Source: an uncultured Bacteroidales bacterium (GTDB lineage Bacteria > Bacteroidota > Bacteroidia > Bacteroidales > Muribaculaceae). From it: DNA of 64,000 bases. Under the pieces are notes generated by a model that was not told the DNA's origin, made no database searches, and saw nothing but the letters and a program-made list of their open reading frames with translations. The position numbers and the translations under genes were made by a program. Where the stretch lies: assembly GCA_902796035.1 (NCBI GenBank), contig CADBNR010000074.1:1771-65770 (forward strand), written 5' to 3'. Below are positions 25,719 through 34,712 of the stretch, in pieces. The first letter of the stretch is position 1. The number at the start of each line of letters is the position of its first letter.

Positions 25719-26660
25719 ATGAAAAATCTGATACCGATTCTGTCGCTATTACTGATACTAAGCTGTTCAAGAACCCGGCCCAAGGATACGGATACCGTCG
25801 GGGAATACATCCCGGAGCTGGATACGGCAACATCCCTTATCGATACGGTTCCGCAGATTGATACAGTCAAGGTGGAGCCTGCGGACTTCTCGGAAGCCGA
25901 GTATAGCGACGGGATTCTCCCGGTCATCGCCGCCGAAGCGCCGGAATATGCTGAGAAACTTGCAGTGGAAGGTCATAAAGGCTTCCTGATATGCGACAAG
26001 GCCCGTATGAAGGTCATATTATACGACAGTCTGGGTTATGTAAGGAAAGAGTATGGCATGGCCTGCTCCAAAAGATACGGTAACAAACACAAGAAGGCCG
26101 ACAACCGCACCCCGGAGGGGTATTTCAATGTAGTAGGAGTGTTTGACAGCACCGACTGGCTCTATACCGACGACAACGGCAAGCAGTCGAAGAAGAAGGG
26201 TCAGTTCGGCCCGCGCTTCATACGCATAAACTCGCCACAGATAGGTATTCACGGCACATGCGCTCCGTGGAGCATCGGACACAGGGCTTCGCACGGCTGC
26301 ATGCGCCTGACAAATGAGAATATAATGGAGCTGTCCCAGTTGGTTCATGCCGGGATGCCCGTCATAATACTGCCTGGCAAGCGGGATCGGGAGGTGAACC
26401 ACAATGAGGGATCAGAGACGGTTTATTTCGCCACGAGCGCGGGCTTCGAGATGAAGGAAAGCGAGAAGGAGGAATTCGAGCGCGCGCGAAAAGCAAAGGA
26501 GGAGGCGGCACGTCAGAAGGCGATAGCCGACAGTATCGCCAATGCCGAGGCGCTTAAGGACAGTCTGGAGAAGCTGGAGGCGGCACCTATGCCTGTAGTT
26601 GAGCCGGAAGTCTGCCCCGAGCCGGTGGAGCCAGCCGCCCCGGCACCGGAATACTTTTAA
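25719..26660 (+). CDS. L,D-transpeptidase (YkuD domain) lipoprotein with an E/K- and P-rich C-terminal tail
   Basis: 313 aa. Lipobox LILSCS and the catalytic motif GIHGT...SHGCMRL. Confidence 0.88.
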   Translation: MKNLIPILSLLLILSCSRTRPKDTDTVGEYIPELDTATSLIDTVPQIDTVKVEPADFSEAEYSDGILPVIAAEAPEYAEKLAVEGHKGFLICDKARMKVILYDSLGYVRKEYGMACSKRYGNKHKKADNRTPEGYFNVVGVFDSTDWLYTDDNGKQSKKKGQFGPRFIRINSPQIGIHGTCAPWSIGHRASHGCMRLTNENIMELSQLVHAGMPVIILPGKRDREVNHNEGSETVYFATSAGFEMKESEKEEFERARKAKEEAARQKAIADSIANAEALKDSLEKLEAAPMPVVEPEVCPEPVEPAAPAPEYF

Positions 26661-26682
26661 AGGTCCGCAACTCTCACATCAA

Positions 26683-26728
26683 CAAACAAACAACGCAACG
26701 GCCATTGGTCGTTGCGTTGTTTTGTTTG
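26683..26728. terminator. About 18-bp hairpin (CAAACAAACAACGCAACG - loop - CGTTGCGTTGTTTTGTTTG), terminator between the ldt gene (+) and tRNA-Cys (-)
   Basis: The stem was checked and has one bulged T. Its right arm abuts the tRNA 3' end. Confidence 0.65.
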
Positions 26729-26800
26729 GAGGTTCCAACCAGATTCGAACTGGTGTAAACGGTTTTGCAGACCGGTACCTAACCACTCGGACATGGAACC
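26727..26800 (-). tRNA. tRNA-Cys (anticodon GCA), CCA encoded
   Basis: The reverse complement is GGTTCCATGTCCGAGTGGTTAGGTACCGGTCTGCAAAACCGTTTACACCAGTTCGAATCTGGTTGGAACCTCCA. The acceptor pairs 7/7, the T-arm is ACCAG-TTCGAAT-CTGGT, the anticodon loop is CTGCAAA, and the discriminator is U73 as expected for Cys. The D-arm is irregular, as is often the case in tRNA-Cys. Confidence 0.88.
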
Positions 26801-26812
26801 CTTTTGCGACTG

Positions 26813-26820
26813 CAAAGTTA
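26813..26820 (-). promoter_or_regulatory. -7 promoter box TAACTTTG (minus strand) 12 nt upstream of the tRNA-Cys 5' end
   Basis: The reverse complement of caaagtta matches TAnnTTTG. Confidence 0.5.
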
Positions 26821-26862
26821 GTACAAATTTTCGAATTTGCCAAATTCCGAAGCCAATTTCCT

Positions 26863-26909
26863 GAAAAAATCTATGGAAAAATCTTGGAAAAATGTTGGGA
26901 AAATCTTGG
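26863..26909. repeat. Four phased A-tract units (GAAAAAATCTATG / GAAAAATCTTG / GAAAAATGTTGG / GAAAATCTTGG), period 11-13 bp
   Basis: Read directly. It lies 45-95 bp upstream of the tRNA-Cys promoter box on the minus strand. Confidence 0.8.
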
Positions 26910-26987
26910 CCCGGATCATTATTCAGCGCGGAGCTGTTCTGTTATCCGGCGAAGCCGGGATTTTATAGACCTCTATTTGAGAGCCCG

Positions 26988-29732
26988 CTAATTGAGGGAA
27001 TCGAGAATTGATTCCAGCTCGACGCCATTCACCAGTACCGCCCGAGGCTTGCCACCCTGACTTGGGCCGACGATTCCGGCCTGCTCCAGCTGGTCCATGA
27101 TACGTCCGGCGCGGTTGTAGCCGAGCGAATAGACGCGCTGGATGGCGCTGGTGCTGGCCTGTCCCTTGCTGACCACCATACGGGCCACTTCCTCAAAGAG
27201 TGGGTCACGGTCCTTGCCGTTGAACTCCGCGGCGCCAGCGGCGTCCTCGCCGGCTGCAAGTTGCGGCTCCGGCAACAGGTACGGACCTTGGGCGTACGGT
27301 TGCCTGGCCACGTAGTCGCATATAGCCTCAACTTCCGGCGTGTCGATGAAGGCGCATTGTACCCTGACCATTTCGGAATTGTTGGAGATAAGCATGTCGC
27401 CGCGTCCTATGAGTTGCTGTGCGCCCACCGCATCCAGAATGGTTCGCGAGTCAACTCCAGACGATACCTTGAACGATATGCGAGAGGGGAAGTTGGCCTT
27501 TATGATACCGGTAATCACGTTGGCCGACGGTCGCTGGGTGGCGATGATGACGTGCATGCCCACGGCGCGTGCCTTCTGGGCAAGACGGGCTATAGGCATC
27601 TCGACGCTACGGCCCGATACCATGATGAGGTCGCCGAACTCATCGACAATTACAACGATATATGGCAGGAAACGGTGCCCTTCCTTCAGATTGAGTTGAC
27701 AGGCGCGTATCTTGGCGTTATATTCCTCGATGTTACGCACATTGGCGTTCTTAAGTAGCGTGTATCGGTTCTCCATCTCGATGACGAGCGAGTTCAACAC
27801 GGCTTCTACCTTCTGCGAGTCGGTGATGACCGGCTCGGGGTTGTCCACATCTTCGGGGATAACGGCCATATAATGGTCGCGAATCTTGTTATAGAGAGAG
27901 AATTCCACCTGCTTGGGGTCGATCATGACGAATTTGAGCTGCCAAGGAGCGAGGCTATACATCAGCGAGGCGATGATGGCGTTGAGTCCCACTGACTTAC
28001 CCTGACCGGTGGCGCCGGCAACAAGGAGGTGAGGCATCTTGGCGAGATCTGCCAAATACACCTGATTGGAAATGGTTGAGCCAAGTGCGACGGGGAGGTG
28101 ATATTTAGTCTCTTGGTAAGCCTTGGAATTCAGCACTGTACGCATCGAGACGGTCTGCTGCACTTTGTTTGCCACCTCGATGCCGACTGTGCCTTTGCCT
28201 GGAATCGGGGCGATGATACGCACGCCGCTGGCTGCCAGACTCAATGCTATGTCGTCGGCAAGACCGCGAATCTTGGAGATCTTTACGCCATTTTCAAGGC
28301 GGATTTCGTACAAGGTGACGGTAGGGCCGACTGTAGCTTCGATTCGTGTGATGGGTATGCCGAAGTCAAGAAGGGTTTTCTCGATCTTGTTCTTGTTTTC
28401 AAGTTGTTCTTCCTGACTTACATTAACCTGCGACTTGGAGGGGTAAAGTATGTCGATGGGCGGAAAATTATATCCGCGCGCTTCCCAGTTGCTGACTTCG
28501 GAACGAAGTTTGGGTTGCTCGGCCTCGCCGATAGTACCGACATTGACTATCATCTTGTCGGAAGGCTGGGAGGATTGGGAGGATTGGGAGGATTGGGAGG
28601 ATTGGGAAATGTCAGAGTTATCAGAGGAATCAGCTGAGTCAGAAGGAACAGAGGGTGCGGATTCGGCAGGTACTGTGGTTTCAGTATATTCTGCCGGATC
28701 TGTAGGATTTTCAGCTCCGTCGGGTTGTGTCGGGAACGAGGATTCAATCGGATCGTCATCGAGGTCATCGGGCATTGTATAGAGAGGAGAGGCATGCTCT
28801 GAGAAGTCTACCTGGGTGTCGTCGTCCTGAACGTCGGCTATAGGATCGGGATGAATTACGGTCGCCTCGCCGGCACGGATATCATCTATCTGTTCCTGTT
28901 GCTTCATTCGGAGAATCTCGGCCTCCTTAGCTTCCTGCTCTTCCCGAGCCTCGCGTTCCAGACGACGCTTTTCCTTATGCTTCCGATAGATTCCGCGGAT
29001 CCATACTGCGAAGTCGTGCAGACATATCACGGCGAAAACCGAGAGCATGAATAGCGAAAGCAATGCGGCACCGGTCCATCCCGCGAATCCTACGATGAAT
29101 TCGTTCACATAACGGCCATGGTAGCCGCCCCAGTTTACCGGAGTGTGGGAACTGATGGTGACAAGACCGATTATCAGCGAAACGGTGATAAGCACTATCA
29201 GACATTTGATAGTGAAGTTAACGGTTTTAAAACGTGGTTTGCCGACCAACAGTTTCATGGAGATAGCCAACAGCCATACTACTATGACGATTGAACCGAG
29301 TCCGAAACTTTCGTTGATAAGGAATTCCGAAAGGCGCGCACCTCCTTCGCCGCCGGCGTTCTGAGCCTTGAACAGCACCTGCCCGACAGGAAGACTGTTG
29401 ACCAGACTCTGGTCCTCGACGCAGGTAACGAAATACGACATGAACGATACCAGCAGATATATGCCGGTTATGCCTAAGAATATGCCGAACAGCATCCGCG
29501 CCGAAGTCCCGGTAAGAGCGCCTGTGAACTGATGCCAGCGGTCATGTTTTTCGACCGGGGCATTGACTTTGGTCTGCACTTCAGGCTCCTTTTTGCGACG
29601 TGCGCGTACGCGTCGTCCTTCGGCACGTTGTTGGGCTTTGGGGTTGTCGTCACGCAGAGCCTCTGAGGTAGGCAGGTCGTTAAGCGACGAATAGTCGGGG
29701 GAATAATCGGTATATTGGGAATTATTCGGCAT
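26988..29732 (-). CDS. ftsK: DNA translocase FtsK/SpoIIIE
   Basis: 914 aa. N-terminal TM domain, acidic/Ser-rich linker, motor domain with Walker A GATGQGKS, and a C-terminal gamma winged-helix (IQRVYSLGYNRAGRIMDQLE). Confidence 0.96.
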   Translation of the reverse strand: MPNNSQYTDYSPDYSSLNDLPTSEALRDDNPKAQQRAEGRRVRARRKKEPEVQTKVNAPVEKHDRWHQFTGALTGTSARMLFGIFLGITGIYLLVSFMSYFVTCVEDQSLVNSLPVGQVLFKAQNAGGEGGARLSEFLINESFGLGSIVIVVWLLAISMKLLVGKPRFKTVNFTIKCLIVLITVSLIIGLVTISSHTPVNWGGYHGRYVNEFIVGFAGWTGAALLSLFMLSVFAVICLHDFAVWIRGIYRKHKEKRRLEREAREEQEAKEAEILRMKQQEQIDDIRAGEATVIHPDPIADVQDDDTQVDFSEHASPLYTMPDDLDDDPIESSFPTQPDGAENPTDPAEYTETTVPAESAPSVPSDSADSSDNSDISQSSQSSQSSQSSQPSDKMIVNVGTIGEAEQPKLRSEVSNWEARGYNFPPIDILYPSKSQVNVSQEEQLENKNKIEKTLLDFGIPITRIEATVGPTVTLYEIRLENGVKISKIRGLADDIALSLAASGVRIIAPIPGKGTVGIEVANKVQQTVSMRTVLNSKAYQETKYHLPVALGSTISNQVYLADLAKMPHLLVAGATGQGKSVGLNAIIASLMYSLAPWQLKFVMIDPKQVEFSLYNKIRDHYMAVIPEDVDNPEPVITDSQKVEAVLNSLVIEMENRYTLLKNANVRNIEEYNAKIRACQLNLKEGHRFLPYIVVIVDEFGDLIMVSGRSVEMPIARLAQKARAVGMHVIIATQRPSANVITGIIKANFPSRISFKVSSGVDSRTILDAVGAQQLIGRGDMLISNNSEMVRVQCAFIDTPEVEAICDYVARQPYAQGPYLLPEPQLAAGEDAAGAAEFNGKDRDPLFEEVARMVVSKGQASTSAIQRVYSLGYNRAGRIMDQLEQAGIVGPSQGGKPRAVLVNGVELESILDSLN
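28568..28607. repeat. In-frame 9-bp tandem repeat (GGGAGGATT x4 exact plus a partial copy) inside the ftsK linker, encoding (SQS)n
   Basis: Exact units at 28568-28603. The minus-strand translation is SQSSQSSQSSQSSQPS. Confidence 0.9.
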
Positions 29733-29805
29733 TGAATTGGCTGATATGCAGTTTAAATTGAACGGGATGGCAAACGCTTTGCTGTGTGTAACAGGGCAAA
29801 AAGAT

Positions 29806-29845
29806 TTGCGAATGCAAATTTAGGAAAACTAATTTGCATTCGCAA
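29806..29845. other. 15-bp perfect inverted repeat TTGCGAATGCAAATT - 10 nt - AATTTGCATTCGCAA between kdsB and ftsK
   Basis: Pairs were checked across 29806-29820/29831-29845. It could be the kdsB terminator and/or an operator upstream of ftsK. Confidence 0.6.
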
Positions 29846-29906
29846 GCAAAAATCGTGAGATAAATCAGTTATTTATCGACAACTTAGACAGGGTGCCTAA
29901 ATTGGT

Positions 29907-30659
29907 TCAGGCTTGCTTCAGGAAAGCCTCGGCGGCGGCTAAGTCTTCGGGGGTATCTATGCCGATTGTCGGGAAGTCGGATACCGCCACACGCACTTCA
30001 TAACCGTTTTGCAGCCAGCGCAGCTGCTCCAGACTTTCGGCTGTCTCCAGTGACCCGCGCGGAATCTTAACGATTTCAGCCAGCGCGGACGGGGTATAGG
30101 CGTAGATGCCGATATGGCTGTAATACTGATGCCGGGCCGGCCATTCCTTCTTGTCGACGCCGCGCAGGTATGGAATGACGCTGCGGCTGAAGTACAGCGC
30201 GCGGCCGTCGTCGCCCATCACTAATTTCACCATATTGGGATCCTCAAGCCCTTCGTAGTTCCTGTCCTGCGGATAGGGTCGTGTCAGGGTGGCAAGGCGC
30301 GTGTCGGGATGCTTGGCGAAAATTCCCACGATGTCGTTGATCTGCTCCGGACGGATGAAAGGCTCGTCGCCCTGCACATTGACCACCACGTCGTAATTGC
30401 CGCCGATCTTGGCGTATGCCTCGGCCAGACGGTCGGTGCCGCTGGGATGGTCGGAGCGTGTCATGACGGCACGGTAGCCGGCCGCGGTGACGGTGTCATA
30501 GATGCGGCTGTCGTCGGTGGCTACGGCCAGGTCGTAGCCTGTGGCCGCGACCTGACCGCACACGCGGAGTATCATTTCCTTGCCGGCAATCTTGGCCAAC
30601 GGCTTGCCGGGGAAGCGCGTCGACGCATAACGCGCCGGAATCAATACAAGTACCTTCAT
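29907..30659 (-). CDS. kdsB: 3-deoxy-manno-octulosonate cytidylyltransferase (CMP-KDO synthetase)
   Basis: 250 aa. MKVLVLIPARYASTRFPGKPL and NVQGDEP motifs. Confidence 0.95.
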   Translation of the reverse strand: MKVLVLIPARYASTRFPGKPLAKIAGKEMILRVCGQVAATGYDLAVATDDSRIYDTVTAAGYRAVMTRSDHPSGTDRLAEAYAKIGGNYDVVVNVQGDEPFIRPEQINDIVGIFAKHPDTRLATLTRPYPQDRNYEGLEDPNMVKLVMGDDGRALYFSRSVIPYLRGVDKKEWPARHQYYSHIGIYAYTPSALAEIVKIPRGSLETAESLEQLRWLQNGYEVRVAVSDFPTIGIDTPEDLAAAEAFLKQA

Positions 30660-32372
30660 TTATTCCTCGGCTGCAACGATTTCGGCTTCGCCTCCCTCGA
30701 TTTCGTCCTTTACGACATTGGGCAGCTCGAGACCGTAGTGCTTCTTGGCATCCAGACGTTTCAGTACGATGCCGAATATCAGGGCGAGTGCGCCGAGACA
30801 TGCCAGCATTACCAAAGGCACGGTGTAGTTATAGCTTACCGCAGCCTGCTCGGGAGTAAGGGTGCCGTTGGCCAGACCTTCTACAATCTGGGGGTTAGTG
30901 CTGTCCAGTACCTTGCCGATCAGCAGCGGGAACAGCCACAGACCGATGTTCTGAATCCAGAAGATGAGTGCGTATGCCGATCCGATTACGTTGGCGTCAA
31001 CCAGTTTGGGAACGCTGGGCCACAGTGACGCAGGCACGAGCGAGAATGAGGCTCCAAGTACCAGAATGGTGACGTATGCCACGATGACGCCGCCCACGGG
31101 GCTGCCCTTGAACATGGGGAGGATGAAAGCGAATGTGAGGTGACAGGCAATCAGCAGCAACGAACCGAGAATCAGCATCGTGGCTGCTTTGCCTTTGTTG
31201 TCCACATAGTTGCCCAGGATGGGAGTGATGCCGACGGCCAGAAGCGGGAACACCGCGAAGATTGCACTGGCCGACTGACGCATGAAGCCCATGTAGCAAT
31301 ATATCACCAGCGCTACGATCGAAGTGACAAGCAGCGCATACTTCATGCTCTTGTTCTTTTGGAAGTTGCTTGCAAACGAAGTCAGGGCAATAACAATCAT
31401 GATGACATACTGGATCACGGTTACGGCGTCAGTGGCCCAGAATGAATCGGGCGCCACGTCAGTAAAGCTGAGGTTGCACTGCAGCATGTTGACGGCATAC
31501 TTCTGGAAGGGGAAGATTGCGGAGTAGTACAGCACGCAGAGCAGAGCCACCAGCCAGAACACATAGCTGGACAGAATCTTGCCTATGTCGCTGATCTTGA
31601 AGGGTTCGTCTTTTTCCTCGGCCTCGCCGGTCTGAGCGTCGAGTTTGCGATCCATGAAGAAATAGACGATGAACATGATAAGTGCCACCATCAGAAGAAT
31701 CACGCCGAAAGCTACGGAACGCGAAACGCTGATGTCACCGCCCAGATTGGCGAACAGGGGCGAGAAAATCATACAGGTCGCCACACCGAGACGAGCCAGA
31801 GCCATCTCAGAGCCCATGGCCAGAGCCATTTCGCGGCCCTTGAACCATTTGACGATACCTCGGCTGACGGTGATGCCGGCCATCTCGACTCCGCATCCGA
31901 ATATCATGAAGCCTACGGCCGACAGCTTGGCTGATGCCGGCATGCCTTCGTAGAAGGGCGAGATGCCCAGCTCGTCGAAACCGGGAATGTAGTTCAGATG
32001 ATTAGTGAACCACACATCGAGGCTGCTGCCGATGAATGCGTCGGTAAGCGCATACCAGTTTATGGTGGCACCTACCAGCATCACCGCTCCTGAAAGGACG
32101 GCAGTGAAGCGTACACCCATCTTGTCGAGGATGATGCCGGCGAATATGAGGAAGAAGATGAATACGTTAAGGAATGTCTCGGAACCCTGCATGGTTCCGA
32201 ACGCTGTGGAGTCCCAACCCCTGGTGGACTGCAGAAGGTCCTTGATAGGGGACAGGATATCCATGAATATGTAGCTGCAGAACATGGCGAAGGCCAGCAG
32301 CCCGAGGGCCGTCCAGCGTGCCCACGCCTTGTCGCGCAGTGATCCGATTGCGTTTTGTGTTATTGCTGTCAT
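30660..32372 (-). CDS. MFS transporter (long form, 570 aa)
   Basis: Polytopic, about 12-14 TM segments arranged as two MFS halves. The substrate is not inferable. It is immediately adjacent to kdsB (stop and start abut). Confidence 0.7.
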   Translation of the reverse strand: MTAITQNAIGSLRDKAWARWTALGLLAFAMFCSYIFMDILSPIKDLLQSTRGWDSTAFGTMQGSETFLNVFIFFLIFAGIILDKMGVRFTAVLSGAVMLVGATINWYALTDAFIGSSLDVWFTNHLNYIPGFDELGISPFYEGMPASAKLSAVGFMIFGCGVEMAGITVSRGIVKWFKGREMALAMGSEMALARLGVATCMIFSPLFANLGGDISVSRSVAFGVILLMVALIMFIVYFFMDRKLDAQTGEAEEKDEPFKISDIGKILSSYVFWLVALLCVLYYSAIFPFQKYAVNMLQCNLSFTDVAPDSFWATDAVTVIQYVIMIVIALTSFASNFQKNKSMKYALLVTSIVALVIYCYMGFMRQSASAIFAVFPLLAVGITPILGNYVDNKGKAATMLILGSLLLIACHLTFAFILPMFKGSPVGGVIVAYVTILVLGASFSLVPASLWPSVPKLVDANVIGSAYALIFWIQNIGLWLFPLLIGKVLDSTNPQIVEGLANGTLTPEQAAVSYNYTVPLVMLACLGALALIFGIVLKRLDAKKHYGLELPNVVKDEIEGGEAEIVAAEE

Positions 32373-32390
32373 TGTGTTGATATAGTTTCG

Positions 32391-32828
32391 TTATTGATTG
32401 GCGATTACATATTCAATGGCGTTGACAAGCCCTTCGACGTTGGCGCCGACGATGCGGTTTGTCTCCTTGCCGTCAGGATCGAGAATGACGAAGGTCGGCA
32501 CGGCCTCCACGCCATATTTCATGGCCAGATCCTGCTGTTGGTCGATGTCGACAAACTGGAATTTCACGGCGCCGTCGTATTTTTCGGCCAGTTTGTGCAC
32601 CTCCGGAGCTATCATCCGGCAGGGTCCGCACCATGTGGCCGAGAAATCGATGACCGTAGGGAGCCATTCATCGTCGGCGTTGACGGAATCCTGCGCGGCT
32701 TTGGCCACAGGCTGTTCTACGGCGGTCTGTTTCATGTCGGCCTTCTCCTTGGCGGCCTCTGTCTTGGAATTGCAGCTCAGAGTGACCGATACCATGGCTG
32801 CCACTAATAAAATCTTGATTGTCTTCAT
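32391..32828 (-). CDS. Thioredoxin-family lipoprotein
   Basis: 145 aa. Lipobox TLSCNS and the active site WCGPC. Confidence 0.88.
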   Translation of the reverse strand: MKTIKILLVAAMVSVTLSCNSKTEAAKEKADMKQTAVEQPVAKAAQDSVNADDEWLPTVIDFSATWCGPCRMIAPEVHKLAEKYDGAVKFQFVDIDQQQDLAMKYGVEAVPTFVILDPDGKETNRIVGANVEGLVNAIEYVIANQ

Positions 32829-32850
32829 CGTATGTAATGTGTTTTTATAG

Positions 32851-32886
32851 TCACCCCTCCCGATTGTTGGGAATCAGGAGGGGTGA
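32851..32886 (-). terminator. 10-bp GC-rich hairpin TCACCCCTCC - 16 nt - GGAGGGGTGA downstream of pfp
   Basis: A perfect 10-bp stem read directly. There is no clear U-run on the minus strand. Confidence 0.45.
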
Positions 32887-32907
32887 GTTAAAGGGTATCG
32901 CTGCCTC

Positions 32908-34563
32908 TTAGATCTCCTTGTCGTGCTCGAGCAGCAGCGTCATGGAGGGACGGTCGCAGATTTCGGAGGGGCCGAAGTACTGGATCGGGCCGGGATACTG
33001 GTATAGTGTGTTCAGTGCCAGAGTCTCGCGCATGGAGGCGAACTTCAGGTAGGGGCGGCCCTTGAGGTCGACCAGAGCCTTCTGTATCACGGGCTTCATC
33101 TCGCCCTTACGGCGCTCCATGTTCATCATCATGGTGATTGGAATACCGCCGGCAATCCACTTGTCGCTGGGTTCGGTGAGGTTGCGTACGCTCGACATGT
33201 ATCCGGTTACGCCGGAGTTGATCAGCATTGCAGCGTTGTAACCCAGGCTGTAGGTATAGTCGGCGTCGAAGTTGGTGGGATCGGCGCAACGGCCCTCATA
33301 GCCGAAGAAGTGGTGCTGGGCGTTGAACTTGCCGCTGTATTCGCCGCGCTCGGCCCACTCGTCGAGACGGGCGGCCACCATGCGGCTCAGCAGGTTCTCG
33401 GTCTCGATCAGCGACACCTGTACGTTGCCGTGGCTGTCACGGTCGAGGCTGAGCTGCAACGCGATGTTCTTGGGGAGACTCTTGTACAGGTCGGCGTTTA
33501 CAGGAGTAAGATAGCCGTGGATCAGTTCCAGCTTCTCGTTCTCGTCTACTTCAGCCAATTCGTCCTGATGAGCCTCGATAACATCGTTGAGCTCGGCGAT
33601 AAGGTTCTTCATCGATGGGATGAATTCGATCAGACCTTCGGGGATGAGGACTGTACCGAAGTTCCAGCCCATCTTGGCGCGCTCGCTGATGACGTAGCAG
33701 ATGTAGTTGACGATATTGTCCAGAGTCATCTTCTTGGCCTGAACCTCCTCGGAGATGAGGCAGATGTTGGGCTGGGTCTCCAGAGCGCACTCCAGTGCGA
33801 TATGGCTGGCCGAGCGGCCCATCAGCTTGATGAAGTGGTAATACTTCTTGGCCGAGTTACAGTCGCGCTGGATGTTGCCGATAACCTCGCTGTATACCTT
33901 GCAGGCGGTGTCGAAACCGAACGAGGTCTCGATCCACTGGTTCTTCAGGTCGCCGTCGATGGTCTTGGGCACGCCGATTACCTGCACGTCTGCGCCGATG
34001 TTCTTGTAGTATTCGGCCAATACGGCTGCATTGGTGTTGGAGTCGTCGCCGCCGATGATGACCAGGGCCTTGATGTTGAGCTCCTTCAGGATCTTGAGGC
34101 CGGCGTCGAACTGCTCGGGCTTCTCCAGCTTGGTACGGCCGGAACCGATGATGTCGAAACCGCCGGTGTTGCGGTAATCCTTGATGATGCCGGCTGTCAG
34201 CTCCATGTACTGGTGGTTGATGAATCCGGCGGGGCCCATCAGGAAACCGTACAGACGGTTCTCTTTGTTCAGGGTCTTCAGACCGTCGAAAATACCGCTT
34301 ACTACGTTGTGGCCGCCGGGGGCCTGGCCACCAGACAGGATGATACCTACATTGAACGGTTCCTCAACGCGGGCGGGATTCTCATCGCGCTCGAACTCCA
34401 CTACGGGCATACCGTAGGTGTGGGGAAACAGCTGCTTGATTTCTGCCTGATTGGCTACGGATTCCGTAGGCTCGCCGATACGGAGCTTTACGGCGCCCTT
34501 CAACGTCTCGGGCAACTTGGGCTGATACTCAGCTCTCACTTTCTGAAGTGCACTCTTTTTCAT
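32908..34563 (-). CDS. pfp: Diphosphate--fructose-6-phosphate 1-phosphotransferase (PPi-dependent PFK, long type)
   Basis: 551 aa. Contains GGQAPGGHNV, GGDDSNTNA and MGR motifs, and the long clade is typical of PPi-PFK. Confidence 0.9.
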   Translation of the reverse strand: MKKSALQKVRAEYQPKLPETLKGAVKLRIGEPTESVANQAEIKQLFPHTYGMPVVEFERDENPARVEEPFNVGIILSGGQAPGGHNVVSGIFDGLKTLNKENRLYGFLMGPAGFINHQYMELTAGIIKDYRNTGGFDIIGSGRTKLEKPEQFDAGLKILKELNIKALVIIGGDDSNTNAAVLAEYYKNIGADVQVIGVPKTIDGDLKNQWIETSFGFDTACKVYSEVIGNIQRDCNSAKKYYHFIKLMGRSASHIALECALETQPNICLISEEVQAKKMTLDNIVNYICYVISERAKMGWNFGTVLIPEGLIEFIPSMKNLIAELNDVIEAHQDELAEVDENEKLELIHGYLTPVNADLYKSLPKNIALQLSLDRDSHGNVQVSLIETENLLSRMVAARLDEWAERGEYSGKFNAQHHFFGYEGRCADPTNFDADYTYSLGYNAAMLINSGVTGYMSSVRNLTEPSDKWIAGGIPITMMMNMERRKGEMKPVIQKALVDLKGRPYLKFASMRETLALNTLYQYPGPIQYFGPSEICDRPSMTLLLEHDKEI

Positions 34564-34607
34564 GAGTCTGTCTTATCGTGATGTTGGTTTACTTTTAGTG
34601 AGTTGAT

Positions 34608-34615
34608 TTTCTGAC
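34608..34615 (-). promoter_or_regulatory. -7 promoter box TAAATTTG (minus strand) for pfp
   Basis: The reverse complement of caaattta, about 45 nt upstream of the pfp ATG. Confidence 0.45.
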
Positions 34616-34712
34616 TGCAAATTTAACGAAAAAAACACACATAATAATATCAAATGGCGCAAAAAAGCCAAGATTTGATAAAATTTCGGTAATTAAATCC
34701 GTTATATGAGAT

